Assembly (NCBI GenBank): GCA_002269645.1
Contig: NIVC01000725.1
Coordinates: 310,296 to 374,295, forward strand
Length of the DNA stretch: 64,000 nt
Direction of reading: 5' to 3'
From: Macrostomum lignano
Taxonomy: Eukaryota
Under the pieces are notes generated by a model. That model saw nothing but the letters and a program-made list of their open reading frames with translations. It did not search any database and was not told the DNA's origin. Shown here piece by piece: positions 12,744 through 23,314 of this stretch (its first letter is position 1; every line of letters starts with the position of its first letter). Made by a program: the position numbers and the translations under genes.

Positions 12744-14208
12744 ATGCTGCGTTATTCTTCAATACGCGAAGACGAAATTAGTGGATTGAGCTCAGATGAG
12801 CTCGATTTCATCACGCATCTCGATCTTCGGGACCATGTAGACAGAATCGGTCAATGGGCAGGGCTGACGGATGAGCAAGAGAGGCTAATTGATGAGGAAC
12901 TACGCAATCCTACGCCGGAAGATCAGGTTGGAAACCTGTTTCGTGAATTGACCGAAGAAAAAGAAGCTGGCCTACATGTGGAGCAAGAAAGTAAACGGAA
13001 GTCGACGGTTAAGCAATCTGAATTGCATATTCGCAAACTAAAAGAGTTTCTACGCGCGGAGAATTTACCTGATCACATCGAGAATATGCCAGTGAGGTAT
13101 CTCAACTCCTATCTACGCCTGTTCTTCGTTCAGTTAAAAACAGCTGATGGAAAGCCATATGCTGTAAGTACACTGACATGCTTTCGCGCCTGTGCACCGG
13201 TATTTATTAGAGAAGCGAAATCTGAAGCTGATTGGCAACGATGCGTTCTTATCGTTTGATCGAACGTACAAGGCTATGTTGGTCAAATCGCTTCAGCAAA
13301 AAAAGGCTGTAGGCAGCGGTCCAAAGTACTGTCCAATTGACGACGAAGATTTCAACCGCCTACGCCTCTATTTCGATCGTTCGACGCCAACTCGACTGCA
13401 ATTTGAAGTTCTGTTCAAGATTGTTTATGGCTTTGGTTTTTGCGGCAGGGAGTGGCTGCGAGAGTTGACTAAAGCCGATGTGAAAATTTACGAGCATGAC
13501 GGTGTTCGCTATGTGGACCTGCTGAAGACATCTATCGAAAAAACTGTGTCTGATAGTAATCCGTCGACATCTAAGAGCTTTATCTTAGCCGAGACACCGG
13601 ATTATCCAGGCTCATGTCCTGTACGGGCGATTGAGTTGTATCTGTGGGTCATTCCAGAAGATGTTGCCTGTCTCTGGCCCAAGCCTTTGAATCAAGCCGA
13701 CAAAGACGGTATGTGGTACCACAAGACCCTGGTGCTTGGTAAGAATTGGTAAGATCAGGCTGGTCTGAGTTGCCGTTCCCACACAAATCATTGCATTCGA
13801 GCGTTGGTAGTGTCAAACCTTATCGAAGATGAAGTCACTAGATCAGACATTCAAGTCGTAACCGGCCACAAAAGAATCGAGAGTGTGGACCTCTACAACA
13901 AGAGAATGAAGTTCTCGAAGAAGGTTGATCTATATCCAACACTTAGTCGTCGACTGGCTCGACTGGCTGTTCCAGGCCGGTCTGAAACAAGCTTTACCGC
14001 ATCGAACAGGTCGGTTGTATCGACTGGAGACGTAATCGAGAGATCGGCTACCGACTGCTCGACTAGCTCTGTTGTGCCGACTAAGAACTCATTCACGAGA
14101 TCTGCTACCAACTACTCTATTGCAGTCGGCAGTTCACAGAGTGCAAGCTCACTGTTTGGAAATTGCAAGTTTGAAAATTGTACGGTTAACTTTAATCAAT
14201 CAAACTAA
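12744..14208 (+). pseudogene. Decayed Crypton-type (DUF3504-like) tyrosine recombinase
   Basis: Three consecutive ORF pieces give ...YLNSYLRLFFVQLKTADGKPYAVSTL...FGFCGREWLRELT...CPVRAIELY...LGKNW*...GLS..HTNHCIRA...VTGHKRIESVDLY...NCKFENCTVNF; a frameshift near 13195 and an in-frame TAA at 13750-13752. Confidence 0.85.
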
Positions 14209-14384
14209 GGTCAGGAGGTATACCGCGTGAGAAATCTAAAGACTGTCAATGGACTATATATCTAATGTTTATCTCATGTTAATGTTAAATATCTCATGTT
14301 AATATAGCTCAAAATATACACATAGTTTCTTTGTGAACACTTGGGGCCATAGACAACTTTTGCTGGCGGGCAGACATGGAGGAA

Positions 14385-14695
14385 AGAATACGCTCGTAGA
14401 ATGGAGTGCTAATCTGAGCCAGTTATTTTTATCTCGCTCGATTCTCGCTTTTAACATCCCTTCCCCCCGTTCCTTCCTATTGGCTGAAAGCATGTTTTGA
14501 TGCGAGCTCGTACTATGCTGGGACATATACCTTTCAGAGGGGAACGAAAACGAAAACGAGACAAAAAATATACTTTGTCTATGGCAGTCACGAGCTAATA
14601 GGAAAGAACGGGGGGGAAGGGATGTTAAAAGTTAAGATCGAGCGAGATAAAAATAACTGGCTCGGATTAGCACTCCATTCTATTCTTTCCAGATT
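14385..14695. repeat. About 100-bp inverted repeat pair (14385-14484 / 14597-14695) downstream of the recombinase
   Basis: TAGAATGGAGTGCTAATCTGAGCCAGTTATTTTTATCTCGCTCGAT...TTTTAACATCCCTTCCCCC recurs as its reverse complement. Confidence 0.85.
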
Positions 14696-14778
14696 CTTCT
14701 GGGCAGACGTCGTTGCTTTCACCCTCGTTTCGGCAGGCTTAGGACTGCTACAATATACCAATATTGATGGGCTGCAGA

Positions 14779-14865
14779 GGGCAGAAACGAGTTATAACGC
14801 CGAGGCGCGTAGCGCGGCGCGTAGCGCGGCGCGTAGCGCCGAGGAGTGTTAGCTCGTTTCTGCCC
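14779..14865. repeat. 87-bp hairpin element with three tandem GCGTAGC motifs
   Basis: Arms GGGCAGAAACGAGTTA / TTAGCTCGTTTCTGCCC enclose CCGAGG-(CGCGTAGCGCGG)x2-CGCGTAGCG-CCGAGG. Confidence 0.75.
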
Positions 14866-15832
14866 GATGCGGCCCATCCATATTAGTGTTATGGTTAGCG
14901 GGCGTGAAACCGCGTTTCACGGGCCGCTGAGACTGTCTATGGTAAAATGTCATTTACTCCAATGCATTCAGTCGGTTTCACGGCTCGCTGAAAATGTCAG
15001 AAGAAAGCGGGGTCAAGGGGGCGCTGAGCCCCCTTACGGGGGTGTGGGGGCGGAGCGGAGTCCGAGCAGAGTCCGATTTTACTTAAAAAATACATGAAAA
15101 TATAGCGTAGCTAGCCTAGTCCGAAATTTCCTCATATTTGGCATTGGAGCATTCCTTCGTGAGTAAGCGGATCACTGGAATATAGACAGATTTCAGTGAT
15201 TCGGCTATATATTTTACTTCTATAAATTTTGCAGTTTCATAATTTGTATTCCTGTTTTTGAAAGATAGTTGTTTATTAAATTTGCGTTATAGTGTTACTT
15301 GTGCTTGTATATGCGTGAATATTATAATATTATATTTTCTAAGAAGCTAAGCTTAACAAGCAACTAGGCGTGCCGCGTGCGTCGCGTGTCGTTCATAACT
15401 TTTCATTAATCACATCACGTGCATAATTTATTCCACTTTTAACTGGCATGGCATGCTGCATCCGTTTTGCCTCGTCCTACAGGGTCATTAGGCCCAATAT
15501 CAATTAAATTCCAACTTGATAGCTGTTTAATAAGTATGGTTACGGTTAGCTATAATTAAAATACTAAAAGTAAAACTTAAGTTAAAATAAGTTGTCAAAT
15601 ATAAAATGAATACGACGTATCTGACTTACTACTTAACTTAACCTGGCCTCCTAATTTATAGGCCTTGTACATGTATATGTTAAATACTTTTTTCTTGCAC
15701 CTTCACTACAATTAATGCTACTAAACACTAGGCCTAGCAGCCTAGGCCTACATATATACAGTAGGAGCTTCAAATAGTATAGGTAGTTAATATAGTTATA
15801 GCAAGTCTAATCTATATTTAAAATTTCTAACT

Positions 15833-16921
15833 ATATCGCTTTTGACACTCTAGATAAGACTTTAGACATTCAAAATAAGACTGCATAAGATCGCAAGCAA
15901 GGCCAGGCTAGCCACGGCCAGAGCAAGCCCAGTCTTGGCTGCAGGGATGGCTTGGCCATAGACTAAAAATGGTATATCAAAATGAGAATAAGACGCTCAA
16001 TATGAGACCGGGAGTGAACATAATTTATTTGCTTTTTGGCAGTCACCATACAAACAGCTAAGGAAAAATTAGGCAATAAACAAGAAGCAGAATAGCATAT
16101 TGAAATGTTAGCAAAGTCTTACTTTGCTGCGTTAAATTATTTTGACGATAAAAAGTTAAAATCACGCTAATTAGAGTTACAGTTACACTGGAGTAGAGTT
16201 AGGAGAGTAGTTAGAAAGACATAGGCCCATGTCAGCAATTAATAGTAGTGAGCAACCCAGTACATGAAGTTGCCAAACGTCTTCTCCAGGAAGAGGCGGC
16301 GCCAGAGGAACTCATTCAGGTGAGTCTCGAACAGTGCATCACTCGTGCCATGCATCCTTCAGAATTTGTCCTTGACATGTGCCTACAATCCCTCAATGGT
16401 GTTGGTGTGCACGGTGGGGTCGTTAGGGTCGACAAAGTGCAGACGGTGGTTCACCGACATGTGATTCTGTAGCCCGGCCATAGTAGTCACCAGTTCGGCT
16501 GAAATGAAAAAAAAGAGGTCAAAATAATTTAACGCAGCAAAGTAGGACTTTGCCGAAATGTTTAGTCCATCAGCTAGGATGGTTGATCCATTGTTTACTG
16601 CGTCAATCAGACACTGACGGTCTGCTGCAGGAATCGATGGTGCCATCACAGTGAAATCCAAGGGGTCAGATGCAACCCAAGGGGTGAAGAATGAGAGCTG
16701 GCTGAGGGTCAGGGTTAGAGCGATATCTGAAGGCTTTCACACTCAGTCTCCTATTGAGCTTCTTATTCTCATTTTGACATTCCATTTTTTAGTCTATGGC
16801 CAAGCCATTCCTGCAGCCAAGACTGGGCATGCTCTGGCCATGGCTAGCCTGGCCTTGCTTGCGATTCTATGCAGTCTTATTTTGAATGTCTAAAGTTTTA
16901 TCTAGAGCGTCAAAAGTGATA
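15833..16921 (-). mobile_element. Foldback element with about 190-bp inverted arms enclosing a Merlin (IS1016/ISXO2-like) transposase remnant (about 16240-16660)
   Basis: Arms 15833-16020 / 16738-16921; minus-strand translation GSTILADG...HMSVNHRLHFVDPNDPTVHTNTIEGL*AHVKDKF*RMHG...HLNEFLWRR, with two in-frame stops. Confidence 0.85.
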
Positions 16922-17189
16922 AAAAATTATTATATTAAAAATAAACATTTAGGGCCTAGTGGCCTAGGCTGGGTTACTAATTATATCAATTAAAGAAAAA
17001 CAAAGAGAATTTAATTTTGATTTTTATAGGGCCTATTTAATTTTTAACAGTTAATATTAATAGATAGGGCCTAGGCCTAGTATTTTATCAAATCAAGCTA
17101 AGCCTAAGGCTAGGCCTAATGTCAATAGCCTATTGTTTACTATATTCAGTTTAGGTTATTTAGATAAGTTCCATTTTGTCATTAATAAT

Positions 17190-17330
17190 AATAATTATTA
17201 TTTATTACACCTGCCCCAATTAGGCTAGATATGCAATCAATAGCTCAGCCACAGCTTATTGTGTGATACATCTGAAGGCTGCATATGGTTATTTAGTCCA
17301 AGGACTAAGGGGTCACCATACACACCATTA
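17190..17330 (-). mobile_element. SINE family 1, 3' fragment
   Basis: Reverse complement of the AGTCCTTGGACT...GCAGCCTTCAGATG...GGGGCAGGTGTAAT tail seen at 41500-41630. Confidence 0.7.
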
Positions 17331-17949
17331 TCATTAAAATATTATTAAAATAGTTAGATAAATAGGTCTAGGGATATCTATGGTCATCTTTAAGATTATG
17401 ATTAGCCAATCAGCCTAGTTATCTGGCCTGACTGTGACCTATATAGAAGTTTTTTATTAGGCCTAGATTTAAAATTGTTTGAATACATTTAGATTCTAGG
17501 TTAAGCCTAATTTTTACATAAAATAATTCTTAGACTTAACCTTAAAAAATAAGCCTTAGTCTTAGATTAGCCCTCAATGCAAATAGCATCTAAAAATTCA
17601 AAATTGGTGTTCATATTATGAATGGAAACATAATAACTGCTTTAATTTATGTAGTAAGCAATTTTCTTATAGGCAATTCACTCATAGGCAAAATGCACTA
17701 CAAGCAAACCTTGTCAAACAAATCTCAATGAGAAACTTTACTTTATTTTTAAACTTTTATATATTTTTAAATTTAATTTTTTTTTTAACTAAATATAACT
17801 TTAGAAATATCTTGGATGCAAAATTGTATATAGTTATCTAAAAATATAAGTTAGAGCAAATTATTTTAAAGTATAGGCGTAATAGTAGTATAGTAAGAGA
17901 ATTGGTAAAGAATAATTTAGTCTAAGATAAGTACATTCTAAGATACATA

Positions 17950-18690
17950 TGGCTATTTTTAGCTGAGGCTAAGGTTGTGTCCTTAGCTTTTAACTTGTGT
18001 AAAAGCATATTGATTGGCTAGAAATATATTCAAACTGGAAAAAACTTAAAACTAAAATTGGTCATTGTGGTAAAGAAGTGATAGGTGGTTTATTTTTGGA
18101 TAATAGGAATGGTATCATTTCTTGGCTGGCTTCTTTTGTTTTTTTCTAATGTTGTCAGTCTTTCTATATTAGCTTTGAGATCAGAGCCATTAGAGTCCCT
18201 TGTAGAGTCACAAATTTATTTGGTGCAAACTCTTTATTGATTAGATTATTCTCAATGATAATATTTTGCTTCAATAGCTTTTGTTTTATATATAGTAGAG
18301 AATTGATAGTTGTTGCCATTAAGGTGACAAAATAGTCTTGGTTGCACTGGTCAATAATGGCTTGATTTGCAATTTGTGCATCTAGATCAGTGCCATCAGG
18401 ATATTCTATCAGTATTTCTAGCATGGCTAACCAGAGATTAGTGGCAAATGATGACAAGATAAGAGGTAAGACTATTTGCATATCCAGGAGCTTTTTGTTT
18501 GGTTTTAACATTGGTTTACATAGCGATTTCAGTCTTTTGCATTGGGAATAATTTAGATACTACTTGACTACTTTTATTGGCTGAGGCTGGGGTTGTGTCC
18601 TCAGCTTTTAAGTTGTAAAAGCGCATTGATTGGCTGAAAATACATTCAAACTGGATAGAAACTTTCATGGCCAAAATGTGTCACTTCAAC
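17950..18690 (-). other. 115-codon ORF (18164-18511) flanked by about 110-bp direct repeats (17950-18075 / 18575-18690); probable decayed element
   Basis: Repeats share GCTGAGGCT..GGTTGTGTCCT.AGCTTTTAA...TTGATTGGCT..AAAT..ATTCAAACTGGA; the ORF is not recognised. Confidence 0.45.
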
Positions 18691-18704
18691 TCAGCTTAGC
18701 TTAG

Positions 18705-19100
18705 CAATCCCCCACAATTCCCCTCTTACAATTTTGTACAATTCTCCTCATACAATACCCTCATAATTCCCCCTTTCAATGCCCCACAATTCCCCTCTTA
18801 CAATTTCGTACAATTCTCCTAGCTTACAATACCCCATAATTCCCCTCTTTCAATACCCCACAATTCCCCTCTTACAATTTCGTACAATTCTCTTACAATA
18901 CCCCAAAATTCCCCTCTTACAATACCCCATTATTCCCCTTTTACGATGTCCCACAATTCCCCGCTTACAATACCCCATAATTCTTCACTTACAATACCCC
19001 AAGATTCCCTTTTGAAATTCCGTACAATTTACCTTTCACAATATCCCATAATTCCCCGCTTACAATTCCATATAATTCCTCTCTTGTAATACCCAGTGAT
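18705..19100. repeat. About 23-24-bp minisatellite (ACAATACCCCATAATTCCCCTCTT and variants)
   Basis: Degenerate tandem units ending about 15 nt before a candidate acceptor at 19115. Confidence 0.88.
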
Positions 19101-19115
19101 TCCCCGCCATTCCAG

Positions 19116-21233
19116 GCCTCCGACGCCCCCAGCCAAACAGATTTCTCATTCCCCCCGGGCTTCGATTTGTACTCGCTGTCTGGCATAGCCATTTTCCTTG
19201 GCGAGCCCTACTGCCACCGGGAGCTGCCCACCCCGGCCAGGCCCTCCTCTGCTGGGGCTGCCGCCGCTGGCCACCTGCCAGCGCTGTTAAGGCGTCGCCG
19301 GCGTCGCCGACGGTTGATTAGCGATTCGTCCAGCTCTGACGAGGCCGACGAAGAATGGGCCGGGCGAGCTCTGCGCGGCCTCCAGGGCCTGCCGAAGGTG
19401 CAGCGACTGGACGAGTGCGCAGCCGCGTCCAGGTAGGAATTGAATTGAATATCTTTTCCCTTGCTTTCCTGTTAAAACTGGCGCCTCAGTGTCTTTTCTT
19501 CATCTACGCTTCCCCTCCCGTTGAAAGCGTTACCGTGACAAGAATAGCTAAGAGTCATTGCAAACAACTCACTAGTGACTCTAGCGACTCTTGTGACTTT
19601 AACGAATGGGACTCCCGACTGAAAGGTCGAGGGTTCGATTCTCAACCTACTGGAATAATTTGTGTTCTTGAGCAAGACACCTAACTCTTGCATTGCTTGA
19701 GTTTACCCAGCTGTAAAATCGGTGCCAGGGGTCTATGAAATTTGCTAGCCGAAATCTGCTAGCCGAAATCTGCTAGCCGAAACCTGCTAGCCGAGGTTTG
19801 CTAGCCGAAATCTGCTATTCCCTTTCAATTTTAAACCCCTTTCACACATCTGTCCAGTGGTCAGGAGGAAGAGAGAGGCGGAGGTTGGGGTGGCTGTCTC
19901 GCTGACGAAAAGCAGACTAACTTTAAAAGTACACAGTGCCGTTCAGAATTAACTTCGAGACTCGAAACTTTATACACGATTGTGTCAAAATAGTTGAAAA
20001 TTGGATTGTGTCCAATTTGAAGAGGATTGGTAAAGGTGGAGCGACGCTATAGAGGATTTAGTGAAATTCTTGCGAAACTGGACAAGCAAATTGTCTCTAG
20101 CTAATAAAACTTCCTGAGTTCGGCTAGCCAAATTGCTGCTTGCCGGTTTTGGTTGGATTCTCGCTAGCAGATTTCGGCTAGCTAAATCCTCGCTAGCAAA
20201 ATTCCTGCTAGCAAGCTTCGGCTGGCAAACTTCGGCTAGCAGATTTCCTGCTAGCAAATCTCGTACTCCCGGGTGCCTACATTAGCTGGGGTAATTGAGG
20301 ACGAATGTGGCGACTCCCCAGTCCTTAGACTGAACAGCCGTACGCAGCTGCGGCTGAGCTGTCGATTGCACATCTGGCCCAAATGGGGCAGGTGGAATCA
20401 GTAATAATTACCATTATACGACTCAAGCGACTTTTGAGTCACAAGCGCAGCATGTGAATTGTAGAATCGTAAAAAATGCCACGAAAGAATTCGTCCAAGA
20501 TGCGTTATGTTAGCAATAAACTTTCTACTAACTCAAGCAGACAAAATTAAAACAGAGTTGTAAATGCGAAATGCGATTCTAATTCATAGAGTGCCGCAGA
20601 TGCGCTTTAGACGCAACTCAGGGATTCTACAGCGACTCAGAGATACGAATCTACGGCCCCTGAGTCGTTTTTGAGTGGCAGACAATAAAACGCCTCAAAT
20701 TGACTCTTTGGCGACTTGTACCGCGAATTAAGTATTTTTATCACCACTCTACTCACAGTAGGCTGCCACTAATTTCACCCAATGTCTGTCTAATAATGTC
20801 AAGATCGATGTTTGCGGCTTCGCCGCCTCCGCACACCCGTCGTCTGTCCTCGCTGCACCTGCTGACCGCCTCGCGAAGTCCCGGCGGTCGTCGGCATCGC
20901 CGCTGTCCGGCCGCCATGTCGCTGGACTTCGGCGACGATGATGACGACGAAGAGGGCGAAGATGATTCGGCAACTGCCGAGGCCGCCGCCGATGCCGTGG
21001 CTTCATCGTCTGTCCGACCGGTCGACAGCGAGATGGACAGCAGCGTTGTCCAAGTCTTCGGTGACAACGGCGACGATGACTATGGCGTCGACGAAAATTC
21101 GTTCAGTTTTGAGATGCAGTTCGACCCTCCGGCCAGCGACTTGGCTGGCGGCCAGCGGCACTGTCCCATATCGCCCATTCACCTGTCATCGGGCGGTGAT
21201 GCCAGCGGTGGCAGCTTTGACTGCGATGGCTGA
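19116..21233 (+). CDS. Probable last two exons (19116-19432, 20804-21233) of an unidentified Ser/Asp/Arg-rich protein
   Basis: GC-rich open frames; CCAG acceptor at 19115, AG|GTAGGA donor after 19432, phase-compatible (weak) AAG acceptor at 20803; no family recognised and upstream exons not found. Confidence 0.45.
19592..20410 (+). mobile_element. SINE family 1 copy split by a MITE (head 19592-19727, body 20271-20410)
   Basis: B-box GGTTCGATTC and CTTGAGCAAGACACCT head, then GGGTGCC...GTGGCGAC...AGTCCTT.GACTGAACAGCCGTACGCAGC body, collinear with the intact copy at 41352. Confidence 0.85.
19728..20270. mobile_element. MITE with 14-bp subterminal GCCGAAATCTGCTA repeats inserted in a SINE
   Basis: Imperfect TIRs GGG...AATTTGCTAGC / GCTAGCAAAT...CCC; flanks CGGTGCCA / GGGTGCCT resemble a duplicated target. 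Confidence 0.7.
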
Positions 21234-21349
21234 GAGGCTGGGGCTTGCCCTGTGGGGGTTGGCCGCGATTCCGCTGGACTCGCTGATTGATTGATTGCAG
21301 ATGCAGCTGAGGCTGGATTCTGATCTCTTAAATTTGGTCTGATCTCCGC

Positions 21350-21560
21350 CCTGTCCCCTCGCCTCTCATCTCCCCTCTCCTATTTTCTCTCTTTTCCTTC
21401 TTCTCCTCTCATCTCTTCTCTTCTCCTCTCTCCTTTCTCTTTTCCTCTCCTCTCTCTTCTCGTCTCCTCTCCTCTCCTCTCCTCTTCTCTCCTCTCCTCT
21501 CCTCTCCTCTCCTCTCCATCTCTCATTTATCATTTTCTCTCTTTTCCTCTACTTTCCCAT
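21350..21560. repeat. CT-rich polypyrimidine microsatellite
   Basis: (CTCCT)n/(CTT)n low-complexity run. Confidence 0.85.
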
Positions 21561-22124
21561 TTCTAATCTCATATTTGATGTTATGAAATAAAATATCCCT
21601 TTAACCTCCCGGACAGCAATATCTGGCAGTGGTGCATATTCCGATCTCAATCAGTGTTGCAAGCAAGAATCGCACTAGATCTGCCTCCCCTCAGCTCTCT
21701 ACAACAATTGTCCATTTGGTTTATACAAAACCCAGCAAATCACTTTGAACAATCTGCACGATTGAGTATACGAGAGGAAACCCCTCCCAGAACTCTATTT
21801 AAAAGCCCTATTGACCTATTGTTTAGCTGTTGCAAATATGTGCTTGCATTTAAATGAAGCTATTAATCTTTTCTGACTTATAGTTGCATATTTAGTTTTG
21901 CAGTCGGTTACAAGCGGAAGTGCTATCAATGTATTTTTAATTCTTTTACAAATAGAAAGCTAATTGAAATCTGATTTGGATCGCATTTCCTGCCTGCCAT
22001 GTTTGTCTTCAATGTGCGTTTTTAAGTTAAATAAATTACTACTTTTAATCTGGTATTGAATTGTTTTTTTTCGCCTGAGATTTCCTGAAAACTAACCTCT
22101 CAAAACTTGCCCCACTTTGACCTT

Positions 22125-22935
22125 GTACTACCCTCTGGAATTGCCCCTAAAATACCCTCTGGAATTGCCCCTAAAATACCCTCTGGAATTGCCCCTAAAA
22201 TACCCTCTGGAATTGCCCCTAAAATACCCTCTGGAATTGCCACTAAAATACCCTCTGGAATTGCCCCTAAACTACCCTCTGCAATCGCCCCTAAATTACC
22301 CTATAGAATCGCCCCTAAACTACCCTATAGAATCGCCCCTAAACTACCCTCTGGAATCGCATCTAAACTACCCTATAGAATCGCCCCTAAACTACCCTCT
22401 GGAATCGCATCTAAACTACCCTATAGAATCGCCCCTAAACTACCCTCTGGAATCGCATCTAAACTACCCTATAGAATCGCCCCTAAACTACCCTATAGAA
22501 TTGCCCCTAAACTACCCTATAGAATCGCCCCTAAACTACGCTATAGAATCGCCCCTAAACTACCCTATAGAATTGCCCCTAAACAACCCTCTGGAATCGC
22601 ATCTAAACTACCCTATAGAATCGCCCCTAAACTACGCTATAGAATCGCCCTTAAACTACCCTCTGGAATCGCCCCTAAACTACCCTATAGAATCGCCCCT
22701 AAACTACGCTATAGAATCGCCCCTAAACTACCCTATAGAATCGCCCTTAAACTACCCTCTGGAATCGCCCCTAAACTACCCTATAGAATCGCCCCTAAAC
22801 TACGCTATAGAATCGCCCCTAAACTACGCTATAGAATCGCCCCTAAACTACCCTCTGGAATCGCATCTAAACTACCCTATAGAATCGCCCCTAAACTACG
22901 CTATAGAATCACCCTTAAACTACCCTCTGGAATCG
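22125..22935. repeat. 24-bp minisatellite (GAATCGCCCCTAAACTACCCTMTR)
   Basis: About 34 units; explains the PSGIAPKI/PYRIAPKL ORFs. Confidence 0.96.
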
Positions 22936-23314
22936 CCAGAACGGGAATTGATCGCAGACATTCGACAGCTTCCTAACCTCAATTAGGTCAATTCCTGTTC
23001 AATGGCGGTGTGAAACAAAAGCCAAGACAATCGATGGTATTTCAGAGTTGCTGCTATGCAGGCTAAAACAGCATGGAATAGGATTGCAAAGCAAGCGCCC
23101 CAGGAGCGGTGCGGTGCTCAGATTTCCGAGTCTTCAATAAAGAGTAGCAGCGGAGAGGAAGATAAACAAAACCATGAGCTTGGCTCTGAGCTGGTTATCT
23201 TATCTTTTGAGACTTTTAGCTATGCCCGCGGCAAAGCAGAGCTGCGTCTTAGCTATATAGCAAGAAGAGAAGAAACGATGCAGCATACTCTGGGCTTGTG
23301 CGACTCACTCAATC

